The notes beneath the pieces were generated by a model. The model was not told the DNA's origin, searched no databases, and saw nothing but the letters and a program-made list of their open reading frames with translations. Of a DNA stretch of 64,000 nucleotides, positions 24,310 to 37,125 are shown one piece after another (positions within the stretch are counted from its first letter, which is position 1; each line of letters starts with the position of its first letter). The stretch lies in NCBI GenBank assembly GCA_032718475.1, contig JAUCBJ010006847.1, forward strand, positions 1-64,000, read 5' to 3'. This DNA is from Nemertoderma westbladi. Lineage: Eukaryota > Animalia > Xenacoelomorpha. The position numbers were made by a program, and so were the translations under genes.

Positions 24310-25696
24310 GTTTATTGTAGCAGTAAATAATACATTATCTGAAATCCAAACAAAGAAAAGTTTGGAAATCGGCGGTAATGGTAATGAAGATGATTCTTCA
24401 GAAACCACAGTAAGATCACTTGAATCATTCAAATCAGAAAAAGGCACTGGAGCAACGTATATGCCTGGGGAATCCGAGACACAATTTTACATCCCATCTG
24501 CTCTTTCTGATGTTATGCAAAAAACTGATGGTAAACAAAGGAATAACGGCGTTGTTGCTAGTTTACTTTTAAGTGTATTTGATACCAAGTCAAAAGATAA
24601 GTCGAGCAACAAAGTAAATCTAAAAGAAATTAAAATATTTCCAAGTAAAGAGATCTATACTGTAGGAGAAATGATCGGTATTATATTACACCATGAAAAA
24701 ACACAAGTCAAGAAGGAATACACAATAAAATTCACTTTGAAAGAAACTTATGAAACTAGGAAAGTGAAGCCGCAATTGAATAATATTTTGGAATGCAGTA
24801 TACCAGATTTAGTAGGTTGCGTAAACATCGAGGTATTAATTAAAGACAAGGTCAATTCATCTACAATACTCGTACAATCCTATAAAGACTATTTTGCAAC
24901 ATTGTTAAGGAAAACTTTAAATCCATTTGAGTTTATCAAAGATTGCACAGGAGCAAAAGACAGAGATGAATTGGACGTCATTATGTGTGGAGAATTCGCA
25001 AAGAAAAAACCTCAGTTTGTATTCGACCTCCCACCACGAGTCAAGTTTGTTAGATCTTATACAATGCTGCACTTTGCAGCTGAATTTGGCCTTCCCAAAC
25101 TTTGTATGATGTTGTTGGATTGCCCGGGATCTAATGAAGGAATTGGTATCCAAAATTGCGACAACTTGACGCCGATACAATTGTCCCAGAGAGCCGGTTA
25201 TTCAGAATTGAGTAAAGTTTTACTTGATCGGTCTTCTGGTGGAACGCCGAGAGATAGTGGAGTGATTGATAACCACAGTATTAGTGAAGGTTCGGAAGAC
25301 GGAGACTATGGAAGATCACCTTGTGGTACAGAGGATGGGACACTTCAGAATGATGGGGATGGTGTTACTATAGAAGATACTGACGATGGTATAATCTCAG
25401 AGTCAGATGGAAATGTAGATGTGCAAACTGAAACTACTTGGCATAAGTGCGTGTTCCTTGAAAGACTTTCATCAGAACTGCGAAAGGGCGAGATTAGCCA
25501 GGAAAAGTTCTGTGAGTTATACGAGAAGATTTTCCCTACAGATATTGGGAAAAATAAACCCAATCCAAGTGGAGCTAAACCAAAGAAACCTAAGACTAGA
25601 AACAGAAGAAACAGTGAAGGTCAGACTGATCGGTTTGCCAAATTAGGGATTAAAGTGGAAACGGCAGGCCCATGTTATAAGAAGGATACAGCGTAG
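24310..25696 (+). CDS. BCAP/BANK1/Dof-family adaptor copy 1, exon 2 (DBB, ankyrin repeats, acidic tail); spliced protein ~595 aa
   Basis: ttacag acceptor in phase 2; LLRKTLNPFEFI and TMLHFAAEFGLPKLCMMLLDCPG...NCDNLTPIQLSQRAGYSEL match BCAP LLSNAANPVEFM and TLLHFAAKYGLKNLTALLLTCPG...NKHGHYPNTIAEKHGFRDL. Confidence 0.88.
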
Positions 25697-26220
25697 ATGA
25701 AACTGGAATTAAATATTATTAACATTATGGGACGCGAAATTAAATACCCAGAACTACACTTTGATACCTGAACAACATTTTTCACAAATTATTGTCAATT
25801 GGGAGTTTACTTATACATAAATTATATCGTTAATTATTGTTTATCTGTATTCAGTCAGTTAGTGTAATGTAAATGGCAGTGATTTTTTATGTCCTTTTAT
25901 TTGACTTTTTTTGTCCTTTTTTTTTTACGAATTATACATAATGACTTTTGTTGTCCTTTTAATGACTTTTATTGTCCTTTTAATGACTTTTTATGTATGT
26001 ATTTCTTCAAACTGTCAGACTGCTGATTTCTGGACTGTCAGACAGTTGATTTCACTATGCCTGTGCCAAAACATTCCATGATTCCATGATTTATAGACTA
26101 TGAGATAGATTTCCATATGCGCCTGTGGTAAAAAGACTCTATATTTAATAGTTTGTGGTTGTTGTCGATAATCGATTACCACATGACGTAGCAAAACACT
26201 CATTTTATAGCCAAAAACAA

Positions 26221-27127
26221 TTACCAATTGATGGAAAGGAGCAGGTTAAGGCCGAGTTTTCTAACCAAAACAATAAACAGTCACTTTACCAAATCAGGGA
26301 AAGGAGCAGGTTACAGAGACGGGATTTTCTAACCAAAACAATAAACGATCACTTAACTAATTGAGGGAAAGGAGCAGGTTACAGAGGCGGGATTTTCTAA
26401 CCAAAACAATAAACGATCACTTAACCTATTGAGGGAAAGGAGCAGGTTACAGAGGCGGTATTTTCTAACCAAAACAATAAACGATCATTTAACTAATTGA
26501 GGGAAAGGGACAGGTTACAGAGGCGGGATTTTCTAACCAAAACAATAAACGATCACTTAACTAATTGAGGGAAAGGAGCAGGTTACAGAGGCGGGATTTT
26601 CTACCCAAAACAATAAACGATCATTTAACTAATTGAGGGAAAGGGGCAGGTTACAGAAGGCGGGCCTTTCTAACCAAAACAATAAACGGTCACTTTACCA
26701 ATTCAGGGAAAGGAGCAGGTTACAGAAGCGGGATTTTCTAACCAAAACAATAAACGATCATTTAACTAATTGAGGGAAAGGGGCAGGTTACAGAGGCGGG
26801 ATTTTCTAACCAAAACAATGAACGATCATTTAACTAATTGAGGGAAAGGAGCAGGTTACAGAGACGGGATTTTCTAACCAAAACAATAAACGATAACATT
26901 ACCAATTGAGAGAAAGGAGCAGGTTACAGAGGCGGGATTTTCTAACCAAAACAATAAACGATAACATTACCAATTGAGGGAAAGGAGCAGGTAACAGAGG
27001 CGGGATTTTCTAACCAAAACAATAAACGATCACTTAACTAATTGAGGGAAAGGAGCAGGTTAAGGCCGGATATTCTAACCAAAACAATAAACAGTCACTT
27101 TACCAAATCAGGGAAAGGAGCAGGTTA
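26221..27127. repeat. ~68-bp minisatellite (~13 copies)
   Basis: Unit gagggaaaggagcaggttacagaggcgggattttctaaccaaaacaataaacgatcacttaactaatt. Confidence 0.95.
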
Positions 27128-29238
27128 TCCGTAACACTACTCAGACAGTAGTCATGATCCATTATTGATTATAAAACTAATACAGTAATTGGCCTAAATT
27201 ATGTGAAAGGTATAACCACATTTTCCACAATCCTGCAATCCAGTTTGGCCTATCAATTATTTAAAATTTATTAGCACAACCGGTAGGCCTACCATTACCG
27301 TATTTAAATGGTAGGCTACACAGTAGGCCTATAGCAGTACCGGTGCCGGTACCGGTACTAAAATACAGAAATACCTGCTTTATACCTACATCTGTACATA
27401 CAATACAGCAAAATAGTGCTATATATACTAATACCGGTACTGATAGCCTGAGAGAACAGCAGTAGAGAAACCGGTAGCATGGAACCTAACATTAGACTTT
27501 TGGAGGACATAAAAAATAAAAAAAAAGGACAAAAAAAGGATTTAAACGGACAATAAAAATTATTGCGAATGTAAATCAGTACATCATTTATACGTATATA
27601 TAGGGCCTATTGTAATGTGAAGGCTTATTAGGTTTTGTATATCTGGGACGTTTACAACAGCTTTCAATTAAACTAGCAAAACCAGAAAACTGAACCAGGG
27701 TGCAAACAGCTGTTGGATAGACTCAATGGAAGATTTCACAAACTTTCATAGGAGACTTGTACATTATATTGGTTGCTTCTAATGTTTTTTATTAGGCTAA
27801 CTGAGAATGTATTACCTAGAAATAATTAGTGTTCTTTTGTATATTTATCTAATTCAGTAAGACCCCTTCATGGAATAAACTTTGTGGCCGTTTCCAGGTT
27901 ACGGATAGGGATAACAACTCACACATCGCACTAATTATGATTGTGATTTGTTTGCCTAGGCAACTGTGTATTATATTAAATGGGAGGCAGTTTGTTTGGT
28001 TGATGTAAGTCATTCTTTGTTTGCAACTTCCAATCGCATGTTTCTTGGAGTCTGTTTAAGACAGGTTCGTTTTAAGCTCTTGATGGCGTTCCGGTAAGAA
28101 GGATACATCGTAGATGAAACTGGAATTAAATATATGGATACTCAGTATCTTATAGTTTAGATAAACGGAGAAAATGGACACATAATGGTTGATTAAGGCG
28201 AGGTCAAATAGTTGGGCTGAACAATTATAAATAATAAGTTATTAAGTAATGAGTTCTTGTACGACAGTATCTCTGATCTGATGTAGTATGTATTTGATGA
28301 TTACTACTATTAATTGCTTTTTTGGATATACGATTGTAGAATATTTCAACATTTATTTGGTATTCCTTTCATTTGAGCATTACGAATATATTTTTATGAT
28401 ACGTTTTCTGTATGGGCTGGGTATAGCCGCAGGTGATATGGCATAGTCAAGGCACATCAGACAAGGACATGTAGATCATAGAGTAGGACATTGTGGTATA
28501 GCATAGCATATTATGAAGCTCAGTATTGACTCGATATAATTCAAAGAATGGCAAGATTATGTTATTACAAGTCACATAGGAATGGATAGGATGAAAATAA
28601 ATATGTTACAGTTTAAAATAAAATAATATGCTGGTCAACATAACCGATTCCTAATTACTAACTTCACGGTGCATGTGTACCATTGCAACTGATGTTCTAA
28701 ACCACTCCCCGTTCCAGATAATATACGGTAATATCCGCTGTAAACTATGCTCTACCACCGGAATTTTAAGATATCACGCACTACAGTGTCGGGGGTACCC
28801 CCCAATCACGTCTCTACCACACCCTATAACCCTGCAATTCTTAGCTTTTATAATTTTATACGAATTAATTTGTTTATGATACACCTTTGAGTCTCTCTGT
28901 GCTTATTTTATAAGTTTGACTACCTTTTTACCTCGTTTGAGGGTGTACCTATTACAATTATTAGATATAATAAAATAAATAGTTAGGCTAGTGCTAGTGT
29001 TCAAGGAAATCTAAATCCTGATTAATCGGGGTGGTCGCTGTAGATGTAATCCTGGTCACAATTCCGATTTTAGGATTGGGACCCAGAAAGATAAGTTTTT
29101 ATGAACTGATATGCAAATTAAGCCGCCCAGTAATTAACAATAGATTGACTTATCATGATACATCATTGCGCCAGTCATTAGTTCAGTAGGGTCAAAAGAT
29201 GTGACAAAGTCGTCCAAAACCCATTTAATAATAAAAAT

Positions 29239-30005
29239 AAATTGGTGTTGAGATGTTCATATTTGATCACATTTTCATATTTATATTGCCATATATTATT
29301 TTAGTGGAAACTTTAATAATAATAATAAATAACGTAAGGTAAGAAATTGTATGCAAAATATACATTCCCCAAAGTCTGATCCTGTTTAAACATTAACGGT
29401 ATAATATTATATACACAACTACTACTTAGGAGAATTATAAGTATTAACATGTCTTTTAGGTATCAAATATCTCGTATATTTGGTCAAATTTTCCTACTTA
29501 TATCGCCACTTAATGTACTAAAAACTTACTAATAAGATAAGATAAGAATTTGTATGAAAATTTAAATCCTGGACAGTCTGAATCGGTTTAAACACTATAG
29601 ACATATATGATGAATCCATATATATAAATATATGTTTAAAACCAACCAAACCAATTCCGACTTACAGAATTCAATTCTATTATAAATTCAAACATGAATT
29701 TGTTTGTTTTAACGTTACTAATAACTAATTATTATAATTAAATTCAGACGCCATTTCGACATAATTTCCATAATGTATGATGTATATAATTTATATATAA
29801 TAATCGTAATAATAATACATTATCTGAATTATCAGTAGTTAATTATATAAAATAATCATATTTAAGTTAATAATTGTACACTGGGCGAAACTATGTTGAA
29901 AAGGCGAATTCGTTTCAATTACCTGCCAGTCCGTCAATGATTATTCAAACATTTCTCACGCAATCAAAATCTAAAACTTCCACTGAGATGTAGGGAAGCT
30001 TAGGA
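29239..30005. repeat. Segment duplicated at 36419-37125 (upstream region of the adaptor paralogues)
   Basis: Long near-identical colinear blocks, e.g. aattggtgttgagatgttcatatttgatcac and ttattcaaacatttctcacgcaatcaa. Confidence 0.88.
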
Positions 30006-30598
30006 ATTTGAGCCGAGTACAGTAAGGAAAGTTGTGGTTTCCAACCATTAGTTATGTCTTTTCAAGCCGGGAGCTTCCCATCAAACCAGGAGCTACTCAT
30101 GGGGACTGGCTCATCTTCCCGCGATAGCATTGATCCGTCAGCGCTAGAACACTGCATCACATAACAACATGACATGGTATTGTGCGGTATTGCATGGTAC
30201 AACAGAATGGCATAACTCATGGTACCTAACATCAGGGCATTGTACGTACAGCATGGCACCGCCTGAATGAATGCACATGGCTTGGTGAAACAGGAATGAG
30301 CAATCGCTGACATATCAATGCTTAACATTGCACATTTTGGCACGACACTGTGCCAACTGAGGCAGTGATATGATGGCATGGCATCACAACATATAATGGC
30401 AATGTACGTACATGTCCACACTGTGGCAACGTACATCGATGGTATTTCAACATCTTATTTTTTATGCATATCACATCATGTTATTTCGAAACGTAAAAGT
30501 AGATCTATGTTTCTAGTATTATTTGATACATATATTGATTGATCTGTTAACTATTAATATAATATTACATATTCTATATTATTCTGTAATACAATAAA

Positions 30599-30993
30599 AT
30601 GACAGATGTAAATATTATTATCAAATATACTGGGTTTTCCGGACTGAAGTGGTCTGGAGACATTTTAGGATTGGTCGACAATCCGGGTAGAACTGTGACA
30701 CTCGAAGATATTCATGTGGGGTCGAGGGGGGATTGTGTGACCACAGAAGTTGCTGATCTAATAATATGGATTGTAACACCAGAATTGTTGGAATTTCTAA
30801 AGGAGTACACCCAAGAAATTATACGGGAACCTCTGGGCATCGCTGTTTTGTTTGAGAGTTCGCCAACAACAGTAGATGGTGGGAAACTGGTAACGGAATG
30901 CAGGTTACCGCTTACAGCCGCCAACTTGTTTCCGGCACACTGCAAAATCGTTACTTGTACTCAAGAAGGAATGTCTGCCAATTTAAAAAAAGA
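30599..30993 (+). CDS. BCAP/BANK1/Dof-family adaptor copy 2, exon 1 (TIR-like domain)
   Basis: ATG 30599, GA/gtaagt donor; clear paralogue of 23130-23530. Confidence 0.8.
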
Positions 30994-31099
30994 GTAAGTA
31001 TTTCTAACTGAATATATACTACTTCTATTAACAATATTTTCTTCCTATCACTTTGGTATAGGTTTATATTTTCTGACCACAATCCTTTTGTACTTACAG

Positions 31100-32432
31100 G
31101 TTTGCTGATGTAGTAAATACTACTTTATCTGAATTCCAAACGTCCAAGATGAAAAATTTGGCAATCAGTAGCAATGAAAATAAAGCTGACTTTACTTGTT
31201 CCCCAGATACATTACAATCACAAAAACGACCCCAATTGGAAATTCCTTCGTCCTCCCAAACGGATGCACCTGAAACAGCCAGCCTTTCAGGGGAATCCCA
31301 CAGTCAATTTTCCAACACATGTGGTCCAAAAATTCCTGATGTTCCACATAAAGTTAATAGTAAACAGAGTACGTGCATTTCTGGTACATTAGCTGATGTA
31401 TTTCATTCCAAGTCAAAAGATAAGTCAAGTAACGAAGCAAATCTTAGAATATTTCCAAGTAAAGATATCTATACTGTAGGTGAAATGATCGGTATTATAT
31501 TGCATCATGAAAAACCTCAACTTAAGAAGGAATATATGATAAAATTCAGTTTAAAAGAAACTTATGAAACTAGGAAAGTGATGCCCAAATTGAATAATAT
31601 GATGGAATGTAGTATACCAGATTTAGTAGGTTCCGTAAACATCGAGGTATTAATTCAAGAAAAGGTCAATTCATCTACAATACTCGTACAATCCTATAAA
31701 GACTATTTTGCAACATTGTTAAGGAAAACTTTAAATCCATTTGAGTTTATCAAAGATTGCACAGGGGCAAAAGATCGGGAGGAATTGGACGACATTATGT
31801 GTGGAGAATTCGCAAAGAAAAAAACTAATTTTGCATTCGACCTCCCACCACAAGACAAGATTGTTAGATCTTATACAATGTTACACTTCACCGCTGAATA
31901 TGGCCTTCCCAAACTTTGTATGATGTTGTTGGATTGCCCGGGATCTAATGAAGGAATTGGTATCCAAAATTGCGACAACTTGACGCCGATACAATTGTCC
32001 CAGAGAGCCGGTTATTCAGATTTGAGTGAAGTTTTACTTGATCGGGCTTCCGGTGGAACGCCCAGAGACAGTGGATTCATTGATTGGGATTATAACCCCC
32101 TCTTTACAGAAGGTCCACTTGGCGAGATAAAGAAGGAGATATATCAGAATGAGGAAGATTATATAGAAGATGATGAAGACTCTGAAGGTACTGACACTGG
32201 TGGCTCAAATAAAACTTTTGTAAGAAAAATGTCAGCATCATTAGGAGATCTGGATGTACCTTCTGAAATCAAATGGAAAAAGAACAAGTTCCTTGAGAAA
32301 ATTTCCCAACAAGTGCTAATTGGCGAGATTAGCAAGGAAAGGTTTTGTGAGCTATTCACGCTGATCTTCCGTGCAGACTTGGGGAAAAAAATACCCAATT
32401 CAAGTGAAGCAGCGAAACCAAAGATAAACTAA
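31100..32432 (+). CDS. BCAP/BANK1/Dof-family adaptor copy 2, exon 2 (DBB + ankyrin); spliced protein ~575 aa
   Basis: ttacag acceptor in phase 2 after a 106-bp intron; same DBB/ANK motifs. Confidence 0.88.
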
Positions 32433-33871
32433 TAATCAAAACAGAAGAAACTGTAAGAAACATTGAAAATTACAAGCCTTTGTAAGGAAGATATAATAGG
32501 AGGCCCAGATGAAACTGTTATTACGTACCTATATAGAGACTCTTTCTTTCTTATCCACTAGGTTAGGATTAGGGCAAAAATTAAGCAGAATGTTTGATTA
32601 ATGTAAGATCAAGTAGTTGGGCTGGACACATTTATACTTAATTTATGTTGAATATTACATTTATATTATTTCCTTGAAAAGTTGTAATTATCGCGATTAG
32701 AGTTATTGTACATCTGTATCACAGTTGTAGAAGAATTGTATTTGGTAACTACTAAATATTGCTTTTTTATTGATATATTATGCATATTATGTCATACATT
32801 TTATCAATTATTTTATTTGGTAAACATTTAATGGTTTGCTGTATGGGCGGGGTAGGTTACATTGCTTGTGTTCGAAATATATTATCTATATTAGCTATCA
32901 GGGAGGACATGCAATACATGGTAATACAGTATGCTGAGATTAAATATTGTTACATAATATGGATATGTTTGATATGACAATATGGATATAGTATGCTGTG
33001 CAAGCAAAGAATGAAAGCATGTTCAATATATTATGTGTTGTGTGATTGGGACCAATAAACAAGTTTAGGTAAGGAATGTGGATTTTGGACGGATATAGAG
33101 GCAAGGTGAGAACATATTGTTGGCAGCCATTGTAACCCATCTCAATTAACGCTGCTATTGCACCTGATAAGTTGCGCCTTGCATTATAATATGTTATATG
33201 GGTTTGATGACTTATTACACTCAGTTCCAGATACTGACCCAAAGTAACTGTTTGAGTGATTAATAAATTATAAATTATAGTAAAGGTAATTTTGATATAT
33301 TATAATTATAACAAAACAAAATAATTTTGATTCTGATTTAAATTATATTACATTGCTTTAATCCACCTGCGGTGCGGTAATTAAAAACAAAGGAAAAAAA
33401 ATAGGACTTAGAAAGCTCACTATCTTTCACCTCCGATGGGTGGTGAAAGTTTAATGACGGAGGTGTTTGCACTGAGGATGGCTGTTGTGTGGCAAACTTG
33501 CTCATGCAACACCAGTGGTTATGATCTAGGTGATAAACTCATCTGGATTCTGGAAGACTTCACACCCATATGTAAATGTGGGATATACATACAACAGAGA
33601 TCCGCAGTCATCAGCTGACTCCAAGAGATAATTGTCATATTGATCTTTGCTGAGAGATGCTTGTAGGCGGCAATGCCCCTTTGTAGGGGTAATTGCGATG
33701 AACATATACACCAAGGTAAGCGACATTATTCACAAATTCTACTGGAGCAACCTGTAGAATTAATCGTGTATAGTATAGTTTATCAGATTTTGCAGGACCG
33801 ACTGCCTCTGGAAAATTTTAATGTATTTCCCAAGGGTATTTAGCCCTGCCTGATTACGTTGCAAACTCAAA

Positions 33872-34090
33872 CCGGGGGGGCGACCCGAAGGTTCCTCTTT
33901 GAATTGCTTCTACCCGAGGGTAGGAGTGGGCGCTACACCTCTCCCGTGTTTTGCTACCAGTAATTTAACTGGTACTCACTCATTTTATCGGCCACATGGG
34001 ATGAAAGGCTGAGTGGACCCAGGCGGTGCTCGAACCTACAACCAATATATTGTAGGTCCGGCGCTCAACCAACTGAGCTACCGCGCCTCC
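33872..34090 (-). mobile_element. tRNA-derived SINE with a Nin-domain-like core
   Basis: Minus strand: A box tagctcagttgg, B box ggttcgagc, then tccactcagcctttcatcc...gataaaatgag..tacc (Nin-SINE-like core) and a 3' hairpin tail ggaaccttcgggtcgcc. Confidence 0.75.
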
Positions 34091-36418
34091 TTCCCGCCTG
34101 CCTTAAATTTGATGAAGTGTCAACTTAGTTGGAGATTGGACAGTTTACTGTCCAAGAGCTACTGATTCAAACATTTAGAATGATCGATGAAAATGCAATA
34201 CAGGTGACATCACCTGTTTTTTCAGCAGTGCTGGGCAGATCCGCACAAACAGCTGGGCAGATCCGCACAAACAGACGATTGCGACCATAATTGTAGATCT
34301 TAGAATGATTGTTCTAAAACCACACTATTTGGAAGAACAACAGTAGATTCCATTCAGTCCATGTGTAGATAATCGTTGTATATGGTGCTTAAGGGGGTGG
34401 GGAGTCGGCTGGACGTAAATCCCATATATAAATATCCCATATCCTATAAACATCCCACATGTAAATCCCGAATTAATATCTCGTCTCAATTTTAATTAAT
34501 CAATTGAAGGAAAGGATCAGGTTACAGTGGCACGTTACTCTAACCAAAACAATAAACTGAAGTCAATAGAACAGGATACAGTTTTATTTTTGGGAGATCA
34601 TATAGATTGCTGGAGAGGAGCAGTGAGAACAGTGCCAACAAATAAGGCAGCAGTTGAAACCGAACTTTGATGCTTCATTAGACATGTCATCTTGGCTACA
34701 GGCCTTGTGAAACTTTTGGGAGTAAGTAGAAGAAGTAACTTCTGCTGCATCTATCGGTTTATCGAGGTCTTAGGTGCAGTTTTCCATAAAATTGGGAGCT
34801 CTTTGTATGTATCTTTGTACATATGTGAGGAGAAGTGACACGTTGTAGGGCCTTCGCGCAGCACGAGGCTCAGTTATGAGATACATATTAATATTGAGCG
34901 ATTCTACTGTATCACAAACTCGGTATCTAAGAAATATAACCAAACTCCAATAAATCAAAGAGAGGGAAAAGCCCCCCCCTCCCTCTTAACCTCCCTCTTA
35001 ATCTGCACCACCCCAATCCAAAGGCGCCACAGGATTGATGAAAGGAAGAGGTATTAACATAAAATTTGTGTTTTAAAAGTAATATGTTATATTTATTTTT
35101 AATATAACATAAAATAGAAATGGAAGCGATTCACAAATATACAAACAGCACAAATTTCTAGCAAAAATAATTAAAGATCGCATATTATTTAATTTACTTA
35201 ACCAACAAAGAAATCAATAAACGCATGTTATTGGTAACATGTTAAACATGAAATTAACATTAAATATATTAAATATTTTAGGCGTGGAGGCGACCCAATT
35301 TGTAAGAAATAAAAAACTTACCTTATGCCGATAGTATTGATACTGAGATATTAATTTATCGTAATTTACCAATCATTTTGTAAGCTAAACACAATAACCA
35401 AGCTGGCTTATTAGTCTGGCTCATTACAATGCTGCCTTTGAGTAGAGGTGAGGTGTGTGGTTGGACTGGTTCCCCTTCCAAGCTAGGCTAGGCATGCCAA
35501 GGAATGAGGGAGCTATAGCTGGAGACAGGGGCATTTTAATAAGTTAATTACGTTTAGATCAATTAAAAACACATTTCTTAAAGCAAATCTCTTAAACTAA
35601 TTAAAAACTATAATGGAATGGGGTATGGGGAATACAACTGTATAATTGTTAAGTATAATTATTTAAATCTTATACTAGAAAATAGTTAATATCCTCTAAG
35701 AGGCAGGTGAAAAATGATGTTTTTACCCTATCAACTTAAACAAATTAACTGCTATCATCTTAGCTTCTCGAAGGCCACACGGAAATTCAACTTGGAAAAT
35801 TTCTAAACTTTTGCCAGACTATACATGTTTGGATAGATTTCATTAACATTTGGCTGAGTTATTAACATTTAAAATTGAACACGACAGAACGACAGACACA
35901 ACGATTGAGTTAGTGGTACCAGTATGCTAAGGGTTCTATGTGGGGTTCTATTATTATAGATTAGACCGATGACATGTGGAGTTACAAACAATTAGTGCAA
36001 AGGTGGGACGATTTCAAAATATTTAATCGATGGTGTGGGGACTACATATAAAACCTGATACTGGCGAATACCTGTGGGGTTTTCCCTTTGCATTCGTGAC
36101 CCCAATTTATCTTCTCTTTCTCTCTCTATCTCTTTGAATCCTCACAATTCAATAGGACGAGCAGCCGTAGATATGGTGGGTACAATTGATGTGTGGGAGA
36201 TGGATATGATTGACGTTTAAGTGGAAGGAATTTCGAAATATTTCCTTTACATATTTGGAAGTGAAATATAGAGCTTCATTAATTTCTCATGAATTTTAAT
36301 TTCAGAATCATGAAAATCTAGCGACTTATCAAGGTTAAAACGATCATCTATTTGGGGGCGATTCCATTCCAAAACTACAACAGGCAGTAATTTCTATATC
36401 CATTTCATATACTTATAT

Positions 36419-37125
36419 AAATTGGTGTTGAGATGTTCATATTTGATCACATTTTCATATTTATATTGCCATATATTATTTTAGTGGAAACTTTAATAAT
36501 AATAATAAATAAGGTAAGATATTGTATGCAAAATGTAAATTCCCCAATGTCTGATCCTGTTTAAACATTAACGGTATAATATTATATACACAACTACTAT
36601 CTTAAGATCTTTAAGTATCATATATCTCGTATATTTGGTCGAATTTTCCTACTTATATCGCCACTTAATGTACTTAAAAACTTACTAATAAGATAAGATA
36701 AGAATTTGTATGAAAATTTAAATCCTGGACAGTCTGAATCGGTTTAAACACTATAGACATATATTAGGAAAACATATTATAATTATATATATATTTCAAC
36801 CCATTACCGTCGTGCAGAATTCACTTATAATATTAATTCAAACATTACTTTGTTTGCTTTAATCTTACTAATAACTAATTATTATGTTTAAATTCAGACG
36901 CCATTTCGACATAATTTCCATAACGTAGAAATATATAAGTTAATAATTGTACTGTGGGGCGAGCCATGTTTGAATGGTTAATAAATAAAAGACAGTCTGT
37001 AATTTATTAGTCTGCAGTTAATAAGACAGTCTTCCTGTCTTTCAATGTTTATTCAAACATTTCTCACGCAATCAATATCTAAATCTTATTTAAACTTCCA
37101 CAGAGTTTCAGGGAAGCTTAGGAAG
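36419..37125. repeat. Second copy of the 29239-30005 segment
   Basis: Colinear near-identity seen by eye. Confidence 0.88.

Noticed and set aside
23115-25696. Separate small TIR gene plus ankyrin gene as a bacterial-type two-gene defence operon
   Set aside because: Conserved GT-AG phase-2 junction in all three copies joins the ORFs into one BCAP-like protein; the TTG starts in the ORF track are not real starts
33420-33760. Coding-like minus-strand segment after a ctacag acceptor
   Set aside because: Stops in all frames; unidentifiable decayed sequence
34018-34090. Functional tRNA gene
   Set aside because: Anticodon and acceptor arms are irregular and the sequence runs into a SINE core and tail
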